Source: Methanobacteriota archaeon (GTDB taxonomy: Archaea > Thermoplasmatota > Poseidoniia > Poseidoniales > Poseidoniaceae). From it: a stretch of 64,000 nt of DNA. Made by a program: the position numbers and the translations under genes. The stretch lies in assembly GCA_018662825.1 (NCBI GenBank), contig JABJFI010000002.1, positions 57-64,056 on the forward strand, written 5' to 3'. The first letter of the stretch is position 1; every line of letters begins with the position of its first letter. Positions 20,154 through 30,247 of the stretch are shown here, piece by piece. The notes beneath the pieces are model-generated. The model saw only the letters and a list, made by a program, of their open reading frames with translations. It made no database searches and had not been told where the DNA came from.

Positions 20154-20263
20154 TGCATTAGGCTATTTTGTGTCAATTTTGGGTGCCTTTGTCCCTCTTT
20201 CTTTGGCATGTAAGTCTTTAGTAGTGCTTTTATGCATAATGGGTGGCTTTAGTTGCATAACGG

Positions 20264-20752
20264 GTGAACCCATGCAAACCGACCGATTCTTTCAATAACC
20301 GGCGAGTATTGAGAGGGTGTATGGTGGCTACGCGAATGTCGAGAAGATGTCGCCGCTACTCGAAGCAAATTCAGCGTACAAACACGAAATTTGAACTTCA
20401 AACCATTGCCAGTAACATTCAAAGTGAATTAGATAAGCGTAATTTGTCGTATGATGAAGCACTCACTCTTGGTAACATCATTCAAAACCGTGCAGATCAA
20501 TTACCTGGCGACACCATAGTCTATGCCGTTTCTGACCGTGATGCATATCGACGCACTTTGGAATTATACTTGAGAGATGCACTTCTCTCTCAAACTGAAC
20601 AACTACTTCTTTGGGAAGAGCGCCGACGTCTTGGAATCACTGATATCGAACATGAACGCTTACTGGAACAACTTCTCCTTCAGTGGCGCCGTCAAGGAAA
20701 GAAAGTTACTATCGCCCGTTTCGATTCCCCCGGAGGTGGCGCATCTGCTTAA
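20264..20752 (+). CDS. hypothetical small basic/helical protein; first gene of the long co-directional block leading into the archaellum operon
   Basis: 162-aa ORF of non-repetitive composition (likely start at MVATRMSRR or MSRR). Ends 8 nt before the TTG start proposed for the giant gene. No recognisable motif. Confidence 0.4.
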   Translation: MNPCKPTDSFNNRRVLRGCMVATRMSRRCRRYSKQIQRTNTKFELQTIASNIQSELDKRNLSYDEALTLGNIIQNRADQLPGDTIVYAVSDRDAYRRTLELYLRDALLSQTEQLLLWEERRRLGITDIEHERLLEQLLLQWRRQGKKVTIARFDSPGGGASA

Positions 20753-20759
20753 TTTACGT

Positions 20760-23700
20760 TTGAAACAAGGCACTTTGGCTACAATCTTGGTCTTGTTATT
20801 CCTCGTTCCTTCCTTTTTGCCCCTTGTAGGTGCTGATGGTGATGAAGAATCGAGCACCTCCTCCCGTAACAGCCAACTCGATTTCACCTTCCGTAATCCA
20901 CTTCAAATAAGCGATTCAGGTTCTGCAGTAATCGATGGCTCCTTGTACCTAGAACCGGGCACTCACACGATAACTGCAAATGTATCTGCTACCGGAAGCG
21001 GAAGTGGAGAACTTTGGCTCGTACTTCAACACAAAGGCTCTCCTATTCTCTCATTTTCCGATACCACGACAATTTCTATGGGCACAGTCAATGGAAATGG
21101 TGGAACTCTTGACATCCCTCCAGTCTCCTTTTCTTGGACGGCAACAACAGGTGCCGGCCAAGAACTGAGGGTGAAAATCGTATCATCAAACGAAGCTGGA
21201 AATCAACTCGGAAACAACATCCAACCAATCCCCTTGGCTTTTTCAGTTGAACACAAGCATTTCGGCGAAGTTCTTGGCAACACATTCCCGGCAATTGTCC
21301 CTGAAACCAATCAAATGACAATTGCAAATACAATCAATACTCTCAATGTGACTGCGACCAATTCTGGTGTCAAAGCACTTTCAGCGACAATGACAATTAC
21401 TCTCCGTGACAATTCAAGTACACCAATAGTCCATTCATTCACATCAAATACAGAAATACTTCAACCAGGAACCTTTACGCTTACCCCAATTCAAGAGTCA
21501 AAGATTCTTAGTGCCGCACTTGATTCTACTACTTTGACAGGAGTGTGGAATTTCTCTGCAACTGTTCTCTATTCCGGAACTTCGTGGTCTGAAACGGTCA
21601 CGGTAAGCGAAACATGGGTTAAATTCAGCGATTATAACGCGATTGTTCTTTCTCCTTCAACACAGATTGCTGAACCCGGTGAATCAACCGTCTTAACTTT
21701 CATTGTTCAAAACACAGGTGTTGTCGATGACCTTTTCAGTATCTCGATGGGTGAAAGTGCGGCACCTGGTTGGACCTCAGGAATCGCACCCTCATTCGGT
21801 TCAACACTCCCAGCAGGTTCAGTGCGTCTAATCACCGTACCTGTTGATGTTCCATCTAATGCTGCCCGTTCAATGACCAATACGGTAACGCTCACCTTTA
21901 CTTCAATCAATTCGGCTGATAATTACCAAATTAGTGGAGTTGGCAGAGTCATGGTTGGCGATTTCTTTAATGGTACAGCAGAATTTTTGAATGCTGAGGT
22001 CGCCAAGCCAATCCTACCTGGGGCCTCGGCTAATTTTACTGTTCAAGTCAATAATACAGGTAGCGTTGCCTCAGCATTTTCCCTACACACCGGTCTTTCG
22101 GTTAATGCATTGAATTGGACAATAGAAGTTGGAACAAATAACAGTGATGAATACTCTACACGTGTCATTCCATTCGGCGGTTCTGAATTGGTTGCTATCA
22201 CAATTACTGCACCTCCGATTCAAAATCCGATTGTCACCGGTGAATACAATTCCGCAGACGATGTGATTGGCATTTGGATACAATGTCAACCAATCGATGG
22301 AGGAGTTCCTTCGACCGATAATGCTTCAGTCAAAATTTCTCCCATCATTGTGGTTGACCCTGGGATAAATACTGAACCAGACCTTATGACATCTGAAGAA
22401 GTTGAAGCAACGATTACAGGAACTATCTTTTCACGGAATCCAGCCTTGAATCTCCGAGTCCTTCACAATCTCCCGACAATACTTCTTAGCCAACCACTTG
22501 ATGCTGTAATTACTGTTGATAAGAGTTTCACCGCCAGCGGAGACGGCGGATTCAGTGAAGCAGAACGGTGGGATGTTTCGGTATCAAACCCAATCCACAA
22601 TGGAATCACGCCGGATTACAGCGATTCAACCACCTTGAATATCGCAGGACCACCAACGGGAGAATATCCTCTTGCTGGAACCTTCACAGTTTCAGTAACT
22701 GTTACGCCAACACTTAGTGCCGCACTTGTTGGAAGTGGCGTTAGTGCAGTCCCAGTCACTCGAGATTACACCTTAATTGTTCCTTCAACAGTCAAAGGAA
22801 CCTTCGAATCTCCTGCAGATACGAGTATTCTCTACAATAATTATGACATAAATGTCGGCGTTGATAATCAAATCCCGATGCTTTTCGAAAACACAGGGAA
22901 CGATGTATCCTCCTACCGTGTTCGAGTTGTAAATAACCTACCGAATAACTGGATTGCTAATTTTAGTGAAACGGATTCCCTCATAGATAATTTGACATCA
23001 GATATCTCCGATGGAACTACAGATTCAAACCTACCTAATGGAAACACTACCCATACCCAGATTGTTAATTTCAACATCAAGACGGACCCATTGGCTCCTG
23101 CTGGACTAGAGCAACCGATAACGATTCGAATTGAAGATCCTTTCTCTGGGGAACTCATCGGTGATGAATTTGTATTCTTTGTCACTGTAGGGCAAATCTA
23201 CAACGCGACACTTTCTCCTACGAACCAATCTCTAGAAATGGACATTACAGAATCAACGTTTACTACTATTGAAATTACAAATACCGGTAATGCTCCAACC
23301 GACTACACAATATCCTTAGACACTACTTCAGCTGGAGAAGTGAATTTCGAAATAGAATCGCCTTTTGATTCTAAAATATTCATCGCAGCAGGATATCAAG
23401 AATCGATTCGAATAAAGATGACTGCGAATGCAAGTGCGAACTCTGACGGAGTCTATAATGCGACAGTATGGGTTTCAGCGAACGATGGCCAAATTTTACT
23501 CTCATCATATGTCTATGCGAATATTTCAGAGAACCATTCCTTTGGCATCACTGCACCTGAGCAGATTGCAGTTACTCCTGGAATGCAAGAAAAAGTTGAA
23601 TTCGAAATTACCAACAGTGGTAATCTCGAAGAATCAGTTGTAATTAATTTCACAATCGAAGGTAACATAACTCTCACTGATTATACAATGACTGAAACAA

Positions 23701-25784
23701 TTCCGATAGATGGCGTATACGCAGACCAAGTAATCGCCAACATCCCAAGCCTTGGAGGAACTGATTCTTTGGCTCAAGGAGATACTTTCAATCTCACTAT
23801 AACCGTGATTGACGCCGAAAGCGCCAAAATCTACAGAGTCCACACAGTTGAATTTATTGTCTTGCCACTATTTATTGTTGAATCAAATGATTGGCCATCA
23901 GTTATGGAATTTAGTGCTGAAGGGACACGAACTTGGGAGGTCACCCTCACTAATACTGGGAATCAAGATGTGACGGTTAGCGCAGTGTATGCAATTACCC
24001 GGCCCGGATTATCGAACCTATCTGCTGATTGGCAAATGGTCTCTGAATCATCCATGATTGTTCTACCTAGAAACACGCCAGTTGTTCATACATTTACTGT
24101 CAAAGAAATGTCTCCGAACCCACTCTTGTCGCTCACTGCAGACTTAACCCTCTTCCTTACACCGACCAATACTTCCATCGAAGGTAGTGGAGAATTTACC
24201 ACGCAAATGGTTATGTCAAGGTTCTTTTCTACAGCCGACATCCCAATTCAACCAAGTTTTGGTGATGATTACATAGAGGTTGATATCCCTTACTCGCATA
24301 TCCCTGAATCCACCGGTGCGCCTATCGCCTATGAAGTTGAGTTATGCGACTCAAACCGCCTCATAGACCTCGATGCCATGGGACTAACAGGCTCAGGTTA
24401 TTCGTGGAATATCACCCTTATCGAAGTGTTTGCAGATGGGACAGAAGACCACCACCTATTGGATCTTGAACAGGAATGCGGTACAACTTCAATTGGCCCA
24501 ACTTCAAGATACAACCTTCCTGAACAATCTCCTTGGAATCCATCGACTTTCAAACTGAAAGCTGAAATTCCAAGCCAAGACAGCATTCTTTCAGGCGATG
24601 GCTGGGACTTGACTTTCCGCCTCTACCATCCTGATGAAAACGCCGGCTATACTCAATTCACTGAAGAAACATTTACTCTAGCCTTAGCCGTATATTCTGA
24701 TCCAATGATTAAGAGTATTTCATCAACAGATGGATTCTTTGAAGAAGGTGAAGAAGGTATTATCACTGTAATTGTCAAAAATGTAGGAACTGCAACTGCT
24801 CTTGATGTTGTTGTAGATTTACAATGTGCTGGACTGACATTATCGACGAGTCAAGCCGACCAACCACCTCTATTGAATCGTTCAGCCGCCAATGGCCAGA
24901 ATTTCTCGATGATACCATTCTTTTTCCCTGGTACAGAATGGAAATTGGAATGGGTCGTGACCGCAGAATCCATTGATTGGTGGGAACAGCGCTCAGAAAT
25001 TTCATGTATTGCAAGTCTCAATGCTTCTTACATGGAAAGCAATGTCGTAGACAATGACCAAAAGACCCTAATTGAAGATGTACAATCGCAATCTCCTGGG
25101 ATTCAAAACAGTTTTATTGCTTGTATCACCTGTTTACTTGTCTCCATAATATTGTTCCGTCTAACCGCACAAAATGAAAACTTCCGATTGCTTGGAATAT
25201 ATTCTGGCGTAATTGGCTTAGGTTTCTCCTTCCATCTATTCCAATATGCTTGGTGGGGCTTTGTTGTCTTGACACTCTCTGCACTCTGGATTTGGCGAGT
25301 CAGTTGGGGAAGTACGGAAGAATTCAGATTACTTCATGAAGATTATCAACGTGCCCGAAAGGGAGTCTCTACCTTGTATGCAGATCATTTCGAGGAGTTA
25401 TCCAACACTCGCCGACAATTGAGTGTCATTTTGGCAGTTCCAGTTCTTGGTATGCTCGCTGTTGTTCTTGGAATCCCGCCTACAATTACGACGAATAACA
25501 CAAACATGGTGAGCCTTATTGCATATATCTCGGTTGTCATGATTGGAGTTTGGGTTCTCATTAAGAGAGCAGATGCAATGTATGGCTCATTATATGGCCG
25601 TCTTACTGATATCGAAGTGAAGGCGATACGTATTGAGAGAGATTTGGGAGACCCTGCTCGCCTCTTTAATGAATTGGCGGTTGATGGATTGAATTTAGAC
25701 GAGATTTTCGGTGATGCTGAATCCGCTCTAACAGGTAATTCCGATGCAATTTTTTCTAATGAGGAGGTGAACGATGATGCCTGA
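20760..25784 (+). CDS. giant (~1675 aa) surface glycoprotein-like protein: signal peptide, long Thr/Ser/Asn-rich beta-type ectodomain, C-terminal ~5-TM membrane domain and cytoplasmic tail
   Basis: Track ORF 20577..25784, but the first 61 codons overlap the upstream ORF in another frame and lie ahead of the signal peptide with no ATG beside it. TTG at 20760 gives M-KQGTLATILVLLFLVPSFLPLVGADG. Dozens of N-x-T/S sequons. C-terminal hydrophobic helices (CITCLLVSIILF, IYSGVIGLGFSF, WWGFVVLTLSALWIW, VILAVPVLGMLAVVLGI, LIAYISVVMIGVWVLI). Confidence 0.65.
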   Translation: MKQGTLATILVLLFLVPSFLPLVGADGDEESSTSSRNSQLDFTFRNPLQISDSGSAVIDGSLYLEPGTHTITANVSATGSGSGELWLVLQHKGSPILSFSDTTTISMGTVNGNGGTLDIPPVSFSWTATTGAGQELRVKIVSSNEAGNQLGNNIQPIPLAFSVEHKHFGEVLGNTFPAIVPETNQMTIANTINTLNVTATNSGVKALSATMTITLRDNSSTPIVHSFTSNTEILQPGTFTLTPIQESKILSAALDSTTLTGVWNFSATVLYSGTSWSETVTVSETWVKFSDYNAIVLSPSTQIAEPGESTVLTFIVQNTGVVDDLFSISMGESAAPGWTSGIAPSFGSTLPAGSVRLITVPVDVPSNAARSMTNTVTLTFTSINSADNYQISGVGRVMVGDFFNGTAEFLNAEVAKPILPGASANFTVQVNNTGSVASAFSLHTGLSVNALNWTIEVGTNNSDEYSTRVIPFGGSELVAITITAPPIQNPIVTGEYNSADDVIGIWIQCQPIDGGVPSTDNASVKISPIIVVDPGINTEPDLMTSEEVEATITGTIFSRNPALNLRVLHNLPTILLSQPLDAVITVDKSFTASGDGGFSEAERWDVSVSNPIHNGITPDYSDSTTLNIAGPPTGEYPLAGTFTVSVTVTPTLSAALVGSGVSAVPVTRDYTLIVPSTVKGTFESPADTSILYNNYDINVGVDNQIPMLFENTGNDVSSYRVRVVNNLPNNWIANFSETDSLIDNLTSDISDGTTDSNLPNGNTTHTQIVNFNIKTDPLAPAGLEQPITIRIEDPFSGELIGDEFVFFVTVGQIYNATLSPTNQSLEMDITESTFTTIEITNTGNAPTDYTISLDTTSAGEVNFEIESPFDSKIFIAAGYQESIRIKMTANASANSDGVYNATVWVSANDGQILLSSYVYANISENHSFGITAPEQIAVTPGMQEKVEFEITNSGNLEESVVINFTIEGNITLTDYTMTETIPIDGVYADQVIANIPSLGGTDSLAQGDTFNLTITVIDAESAKIYRVHTVEFIVLPLFIVESNDWPSVMEFSAEGTRTWEVTLTNTGNQDVTVSAVYAITRPGLSNLSADWQMVSESSMIVLPRNTPVVHTFTVKEMSPNPLLSLTADLTLFLTPTNTSIEGSGEFTTQMVMSRFFSTADIPIQPSFGDDYIEVDIPYSHIPESTGAPIAYEVELCDSNRLIDLDAMGLTGSGYSWNITLIEVFADGTEDHHLLDLEQECGTTSIGPTSRYNLPEQSPWNPSTFKLKAEIPSQDSILSGDGWDLTFRLYHPDENAGYTQFTEETFTLALAVYSDPMIKSISSTDGFFEEGEEGIITVIVKNVGTATALDVVVDLQCAGLTLSTSQADQPPLLNRSAANGQNFSMIPFFFPGTEWKLEWVVTAESIDWWEQRSEISCIASLNASYMESNVVDNDQKTLIEDVQSQSPGIQNSFIACITCLLVSIILFRLTAQNENFRLLGIYSGVIGLGFSFHLFQYAWWGFVVLTLSALWIWRVSWGSTEEFRLLHEDYQRARKGVSTLYADHFEELSNTRRQLSVILAVPVLGMLAVVLGIPPTITTNNTNMVSLIAYISVVMIGVWVLIKRADAMYGSLYGRLTDIEVKAIRIERDLGDPARLFNELAVDGLNLDEIFGDAESALTGNSDAIFSNEEVNDDA

Positions 25785-26943
25785 TGAAGAAATAATCGAC
25801 CCCGCTTCCGAAGAGAAGACACTCGATGAAATGCCACAATTCGAAGATGAAATTGATTCGGATGAGCAAGGCTCTTCAATACCGCAAGAAGATGAATCAG
25901 ATGCTTCTGTTCCAACTGAAGAAGAAGAGAATACCGCTGATGCGGAATCAGATGCAGATGCAGAGCCGGAAGAGCCAGAAGAGCCGGAAGATGCAGATTC
26001 TGGTGCAGATGCAGCTGATGCAGATGCAGAGCCAGAAGATACTACTGAGGCTTTGACTGAAGAGGCCATGGAAGTTTCTAGAGAACTAGAAAGTATGGTT
26101 TTGGGTGTTGCCAATGACGATACCAATTCTTTAGCAGGAACTGAAATTGAAATTGGTGATGCAAAGCGATTCTTACAATCGCACAAACTTCGACGTGCTT
26201 TGTCGAGTGTAAAAAATGCAGAATCATCTCTCATCGAGCTTGAAGAAGATGTCCTGTATCTCCGCCGTAACATTGCCATGTTGCATCGCTTGCTCAACGA
26301 GAAGAAAGTGAGTGCGCATGATATTGAAACCATACTTCTTCGCCTTCGCAGTGCGACAGGTGCTGCCGAAATAGGAGATGTTGGAGGTGCGGCAGGAGAA
26401 GTCGAGTTCCTTGTCGATGATTTGATTGGTGGAAACACCTCTACTCTCAACCCATTCTTATTCAGACATTTTTGGATGGGGTTAGAAACACGCTGGCCTG
26501 CTGGCGGCGATGAGGGCGTATTGGTTGTCCGTCTCATCAACGATGGACCAGTTGCTATGCCGCCAATGCGCCTTTCACCACCAATTCCTGAAGGCTGGAG
26601 TTCTACGCCTTCGTCAATTGACCTTCCGACAATTGCCCCGGGGGGTAATCTTCCTGTCCGATTCAACGTTGCTGCTAATCGACGCTATGGTGCGGACGAA
26701 ATACCATTGTCTCGTAAACTCGCTATTACCACTGGCTATGAAATGCGAACAGGTGAAGTCTTCATCACTATTCGTGCGCAAAATCGTTCAATGGAACCTC
26801 TTTCCGAAATTATACTCTCGCCCTGGTTCCCTCCGGGCTATACAGCAGATAAAGTTCCATTCGTCGACCGCCTTGCGCCCGACGAAGTAGCAATAATAAG
26901 GATGCCACTTCGCATCCAAATGAGTTCAGGAGGTAATGCCTGA
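25774..26943 (+). CDS. cytoplasmic acidic protein with predicted coiled coil and a C-terminal beta-rich domain, directly upstream of flaB1; candidate archaellum accessory protein (FlaC/D/E-like architecture, unproven)
   Basis: No signal peptide. N-terminal ~100 aa extremely acidic (E/D-rich). Heptad-like segment RFLQSHKLRRALSSVKNAESSLIELEEDVLYLRRNIAMLHRLLNEKK. 11-bp overlap with the upstream giant gene. The antisense ORF 25728..26666 is Ser-rich low complexity. Confidence 0.55.
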   Translation: MMPDEEIIDPASEEKTLDEMPQFEDEIDSDEQGSSIPQEDESDASVPTEEEENTADAESDADAEPEEPEEPEDADSGADAADADAEPEDTTEALTEEAMEVSRELESMVLGVANDDTNSLAGTEIEIGDAKRFLQSHKLRRALSSVKNAESSLIELEEDVLYLRRNIAMLHRLLNEKKVSAHDIETILLRLRSATGAAEIGDVGGAAGEVEFLVDDLIGGNTSTLNPFLFRHFWMGLETRWPAGGDEGVLVVRLINDGPVAMPPMRLSPPIPEGWSSTPSSIDLPTIAPGGNLPVRFNVAANRRYGADEIPLSRKLAITTGYEMRTGEVFITIRAQNRSMEPLSEIILSPWFPPGYTADKVPFVDRLAPDEVAIIRMPLRIQMSSGGNA

Positions 26944-26997
26944 CTCCATCCTATTCCACCCTATTGGGGGAAACTAAAAAAAAATGGTGAAAAAAAT

Positions 26998-27543
26998 ATG
27001 AAAGAAAATACGAACGAAAAAAGCGATAATATCGCTGCCATAGGTATTGGTGCAATGATTGTGTTCATTGCATTGATTCTAGTTGCAGCGGTAGCAGCAG
27101 CGGTCATTATACAGACGGCTGAAAAATTGCAGCAAAATGCACAAACGACAGGCGAAGAAACAACATCCTTGTTATCATCAAAAGTGATGGTAAAGAATGT
27201 TATTGTCCCTTCAGCCGGTGCTTTGTACATTACCTTTGAATTAGCCCCAGGGTCCGATACAATAACCGCAGCTCTAGTAGCTTGGGTTATTGTTTGTGGA
27301 ACTACTGGTATGGACTCAGGTACTTTCGCTGCAGCAACACTGGTTGGGACAGCTACCCTGCCCGGTGGGACTCTCAACCCTGGCACAACCTATGATTTAA
27401 CCATCTTAGCAGCAAGTTTGGCTAGTTGTGCCCCTACGGCAAATCAAGATCACATACTATCTATTCAATCAGGTACAGGCGGATTCAGTTTTGAAGAATT
27501 GAATTATGGTTCAGTTGTAACAGCAGGAGCGAAGGTAATATGA
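26998..27543 (+). CDS. flaB1: archaellin (archaeal flagellin) with class III (prepilin-like) signal peptide
   Basis: MKENTNEKSDNIAAIG / IGAMIVFIALILVAAVAAAVIIQTAEKLQQNAQTTGEE matches the archaellin N-terminal consensus (hydrophobic helix plus LQQKA-type motif). 181 aa. GGTGA Shine-Dalgarno-like sequence and A-rich promoter region upstream. Confidence 0.9.
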   Translation: MKENTNEKSDNIAAIGIGAMIVFIALILVAAVAAAVIIQTAEKLQQNAQTTGEETTSLLSSKVMVKNVIVPSAGALYITFELAPGSDTITAALVAWVIVCGTTGMDSGTFAAATLVGTATLPGGTLNPGTTYDLTILAASLASCAPTANQDHILSIQSGTGGFSFEELNYGSVVTAGAKVI

Positions 27544-28142
27544 AGTCAAATACTCGTAACGAAATTCAAGAAGACAAGATTGCAGCGATTGGTATCGGTG
27601 CAATGATTGTTTTTATCGCATTGATTCTTGTTGCTGCAGTTGCAGCAGCAGTAATCATTCAAACAGCTGAAAAGTTGCAACAAAATGCACAAAAGACTGG
27701 TGACGACACTGCCGATAACATGGCAGGAAAAATCATGATTATGCAAGGTAATGTTGCAACTGCTTCTGCTGCGGCGCACTCCGTCCTCTTCACGGCTGGG
27801 GAAGCATATCTGCTTATGGTTCGACTTGCACCAGGTAGTGATACTACCGCACTCAACAGTATTACCTTTCAATTATTCTGTGCAAATGGAGTTGTAGAAG
27901 GTACAATGGGCACAGTCGGAATGGGTACTGCAGCAGCAATGACAGCCCATGCCACTGCCGTTACATCACTGACACCAGGAGTTGGTTACTTGATCTGGAT
28001 TGATGGTGACGGCGGTGGAGCAGATTGTTCACCGGATTCAGGTGATGCATCAGTTGAATTGTATCTGCACGTTGCAAATGGTGGAACAACATTTGAGACT
28101 CTTACGATTGATAACACCGCCGGTGGTTCCCTAGTTGTCTGA
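27540..28142 (+). CDS. flaB2: archaellin paralogue; 4-bp ATGA overlap with flaB1
   Basis: MKSNTRNEIQEDKIAAIGIGAMIVFIALILVAAVAAAVIIQTAEKLQQNAQKTGDD. The N-terminal 45 aa are near-identical to flaB1; the C-terminal domain diverges. Confidence 0.9.
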   Translation: MKSNTRNEIQEDKIAAIGIGAMIVFIALILVAAVAAAVIIQTAEKLQQNAQKTGDDTADNMAGKIMIMQGNVATASAAAHSVLFTAGEAYLLMVRLAPGSDTTALNSITFQLFCANGVVEGTMGTVGMGTAAAMTAHATAVTSLTPGVGYLIWIDGDGGGADCSPDSGDASVELYLHVANGGTTFETLTIDNTAGGSLVV

Positions 28143-28150
28143 TTATTTCT

Positions 28151-28193
28151 AAGGGTTGTAGTGGCCGAAAGGCTGAACGACCCTTGGAGGAGG
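28151..28193 (+). promoter_or_regulatory. intra-operon stem-loop (aagggt...acccTT, 6-bp arms around a GGCCGAAAGGC mini-hairpin) followed by GGAGGAGG Shine-Dalgarno sequence for the next gene
   Basis: Inverted repeat 28151..28156 / 28180..28185. GGAGGAGG at 28186..28193, 7 nt before the ATG at 28201. Confidence 0.5.
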
Positions 28194-28200
28194 AATCAAC

Positions 28201-29049
28201 ATGGCATGGCCATTTAGCGGTAACGCAGATAAAAATCGGGATGCAGACGCAGAACTTACAGAGGAACGACTCAAAATCATGGCAAATATTGCCATCGAGC
28301 AAGTCCCACTTCCAGAAGAGGGGGAACTCAGTGAAGAAGATGCGTGGACTATTAGTCCAAGCCCAACCCGAGCGCGAATGAATAGTTTAGGTAGTGTACC
28401 AACGGTTGCAGCAACACTTGCACCAACGGCACCTGCTCAAACAAGCACAACAGTGGACACCTCAGGGTTAGAACGCTTAATCAGCAGTCGTCTAGACATG
28501 GTCGAAGACGTATTGCGGATGGTTGAAGTTCGACTCGAGGCCCCTCAAGCAGCCCCAGTAATGGATGCTGAAGGAAATCCTGTTGAAGGTTTAGAAGCAG
28601 TTGGAGATGAGGCAATGATGGGTGGAGACACCATCGTCACTGCAAGTGGCGAAGTCATTCCTGTTTCTGGTGTTGACCGAATGATGAATGATGACAGTGC
28701 ACCTTTGGTGGAATTGTACGAGGCTCAAGCACTCGCAGCAAATCCATTCTTGCATGCGCCGTCCAGTGGTGGAACAGCCGATGCAAATCGGGTTGGAGCA
28801 CCTACTGTCTCTGCTTTACTTCTTGACTCAATGTCGGGAATGGCAGCGGTGAGTTTTGCTCAGAAAGCGATATCATCAGGTATGCTAAGCGATGAAGAAG
28901 GGCGGGCTGTGCTTGCTATTGTTCAACTCGCAGCACCTGGTGAATCAGAAGCAGCTTTGGATGACCATTTGTCTCACAAGGAATTGCTCGTCTTTTCATC
29001 ACTCGTCAGTTCATGGCGCAGTGTGAAAACACTTCGAGGTGAAAACTGA
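28201..29049 (+). CDS. soluble acidic protein in the flaC/D/E slot of the archaellum operon (putative archaellum accessory protein)
   Basis: Position between flaB2 and the flaF/flaG pair. Strong Shine-Dalgarno sequence. No TM. No motif I can assign; the call is positional only. Confidence 0.4.
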   Translation: MAWPFSGNADKNRDADAELTEERLKIMANIAIEQVPLPEEGELSEEDAWTISPSPTRARMNSLGSVPTVAATLAPTAPAQTSTTVDTSGLERLISSRLDMVEDVLRMVEVRLEAPQAAPVMDAEGNPVEGLEAVGDEAMMGGDTIVTASGEVIPVSGVDRMMNDDSAPLVELYEAQALAANPFLHAPSSGGTADANRVGAPTVSALLLDSMSGMAAVSFAQKAISSGMLSDEEGRAVLAIVQLAAPGESEAALDDHLSHKELLVFSSLVSSWRSVKTLRGEN

Positions 29050-29740
29050 GATGGGCGCCTCGGTTGGAATTGGAGGTCTCATCGTTGGGATCTCAATGTT
29101 GGTGGTCTTTTCAATGGCCATTACAGCATTGGACGCACAGGTTGCAACCGGATTGGATGCAATTGAAAGCGCTTCAGTTCCAGACCCGAGTTTTACTGTT
29201 GATGATGTGAACATTGCACAATTTGCGATTCATGAAGTCAATATGACTCTTGGAAACCAAGGAACAGGCTACAGCGATGGGATTTTACGAGCAAACGTAG
29301 GTTCTGGTGAATGTGGCGGATTTTCCGCTACTTTTACTCAAACGGGTGGACAAATTGATTTAGGAAGCGTGGTTATCACCAACCATGGAAACTGTCCTAA
29401 TTCAAATCCTCCAACTTGGACGATCTACGATTCGACTTTATCCATCCAAACCCCGACTTCAGTGGCGAATTTCTCTGCTCCTTTGTTCAGACAATACATT
29501 TACGCGAACATCACGAATCATGGTTCACTTACTCTTTCAACTGATGAAGTGTGGGTGTTTTATGATGGAGAAGACCCTGAAACATTAACCGCTTCGTCTT
29601 CACTTACAGGTTCGAGTACCAACTGGTACTCTGGCGAAACGCGTGTCTTGCACTGGGATGATAATCCCAGTTCAAACACTGCATACGAACGTATTGCATT
29701 TACTGCTGGAGCTACAACAATTGTAAGGGCAACATCCTGA
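29039..29740 (+). CDS. flaF: FlaF/FlaG-family archaellum protein (N-terminal archaellin-like TM helix plus beta-sandwich domain); FlaF by position
   Basis: MKTEMGASVGIGGLIVGISMLVVFSMAITAL N-terminal hydrophobic segment, then a soluble beta-rich domain. Overlaps the upstream gene by 11 bp. Lies upstream of flaG-flaH-flaI-flaJ. Confidence 0.55.
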   Translation: MKTEMGASVGIGGLIVGISMLVVFSMAITALDAQVATGLDAIESASVPDPSFTVDDVNIAQFAIHEVNMTLGNQGTGYSDGILRANVGSGECGGFSATFTQTGGQIDLGSVVITNHGNCPNSNPPTWTIYDSTLSIQTPTSVANFSAPLFRQYIYANITNHGSLTLSTDEVWVFYDGEDPETLTASSSLTGSSTNWYSGETRVLHWDDNPSSNTAYERIAFTAGATTIVRATS

Positions 29741-29749
29741 GGTTTTACT

Positions 29750-30247
29750 ATGGCAGATGGAGGGGCTTCTACATACATAATGCTGATTACAGCATTATTA
29801 GTGTCAAGTTCAGCCAGTGCTGTGCTTATTCAAGAATGGTCTTCTTCATCCCGAGTGATTCAACACCAACAAAGGGGATTACAATTTTCAGAAGAGTTGG
29901 GGGTCGACTTTGCAGGAGACCCAATGAATGTGAATCTTGCACGAACGAATCCTGATACAATTACCTTTTACATTTTGAATACAGGTGAACATACTATGAA
30001 CGAGACGAAAATGGAAGTTTTAATCGACGGTTTGTCGATTTCATCTTCTGAAGTGACAACATCATTTGTTGGTTCTGCTACCGATTGGAATCCGAATGTC
30101 ATGGTAGAAGTGGAGGTTTCTAATTCGTCTTTTAATTCATATAATGATGGCGATGACATCAGTATTTTTACCACTGTAGTATCTGATTCAGTATCAGGAA
30201 TGTCAGCCAGTGCAAGTTTTGGAGTGGAGGTGCGTCTAGATGTCTGA
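29750..30247 (+). CDS. flaG: FlaG/FlaF-family archaellum protein; FlaG by position
   Basis: N-terminal TM MADGGASTYIMLITALLVSSSASAVLI, then a ~130-aa beta-type domain. 8-bp overlap with flaH. Confidence 0.55.
   Translation: MADGGASTYIMLITALLVSSSASAVLIQEWSSSSRVIQHQQRGLQFSEELGVDFAGDPMNVNLARTNPDTITFYILNTGEHTMNETKMEVLIDGLSISSSEVTTSFVGSATDWNPNVMVEVEVSNSSFNSYNDGDDISIFTTVVSDSVSGMSASASFGVEVRLDV

Noticed and set aside
20577-20759. N-terminal 61 codons of track ORF 20577..25784
   Set aside because: They overlap the 20264..20752 ORF in another frame. They lie upstream of the obvious signal peptide with no ATG beside it. A TTG at 20760 gives a canonical signal-peptide start.
25728-26666. Minus-strand 312-aa ORF and 25385..25915 (-) 176-aa ORF
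   Set aside because: Ser/Ala-rich low-complexity antisense translation of the acidic (GAA/GAT-rich) region of the 25774 gene and of the end of the giant gene. The plus-strand products are coherent.
26961-27872. Minus-strand ORFs 26961..27386, 27546..27872 and 27659..27856 inside flaB1/flaB2
   Set aside because: Antisense to archaellin genes with textbook N-terminal sequences; Cys-rich composition.
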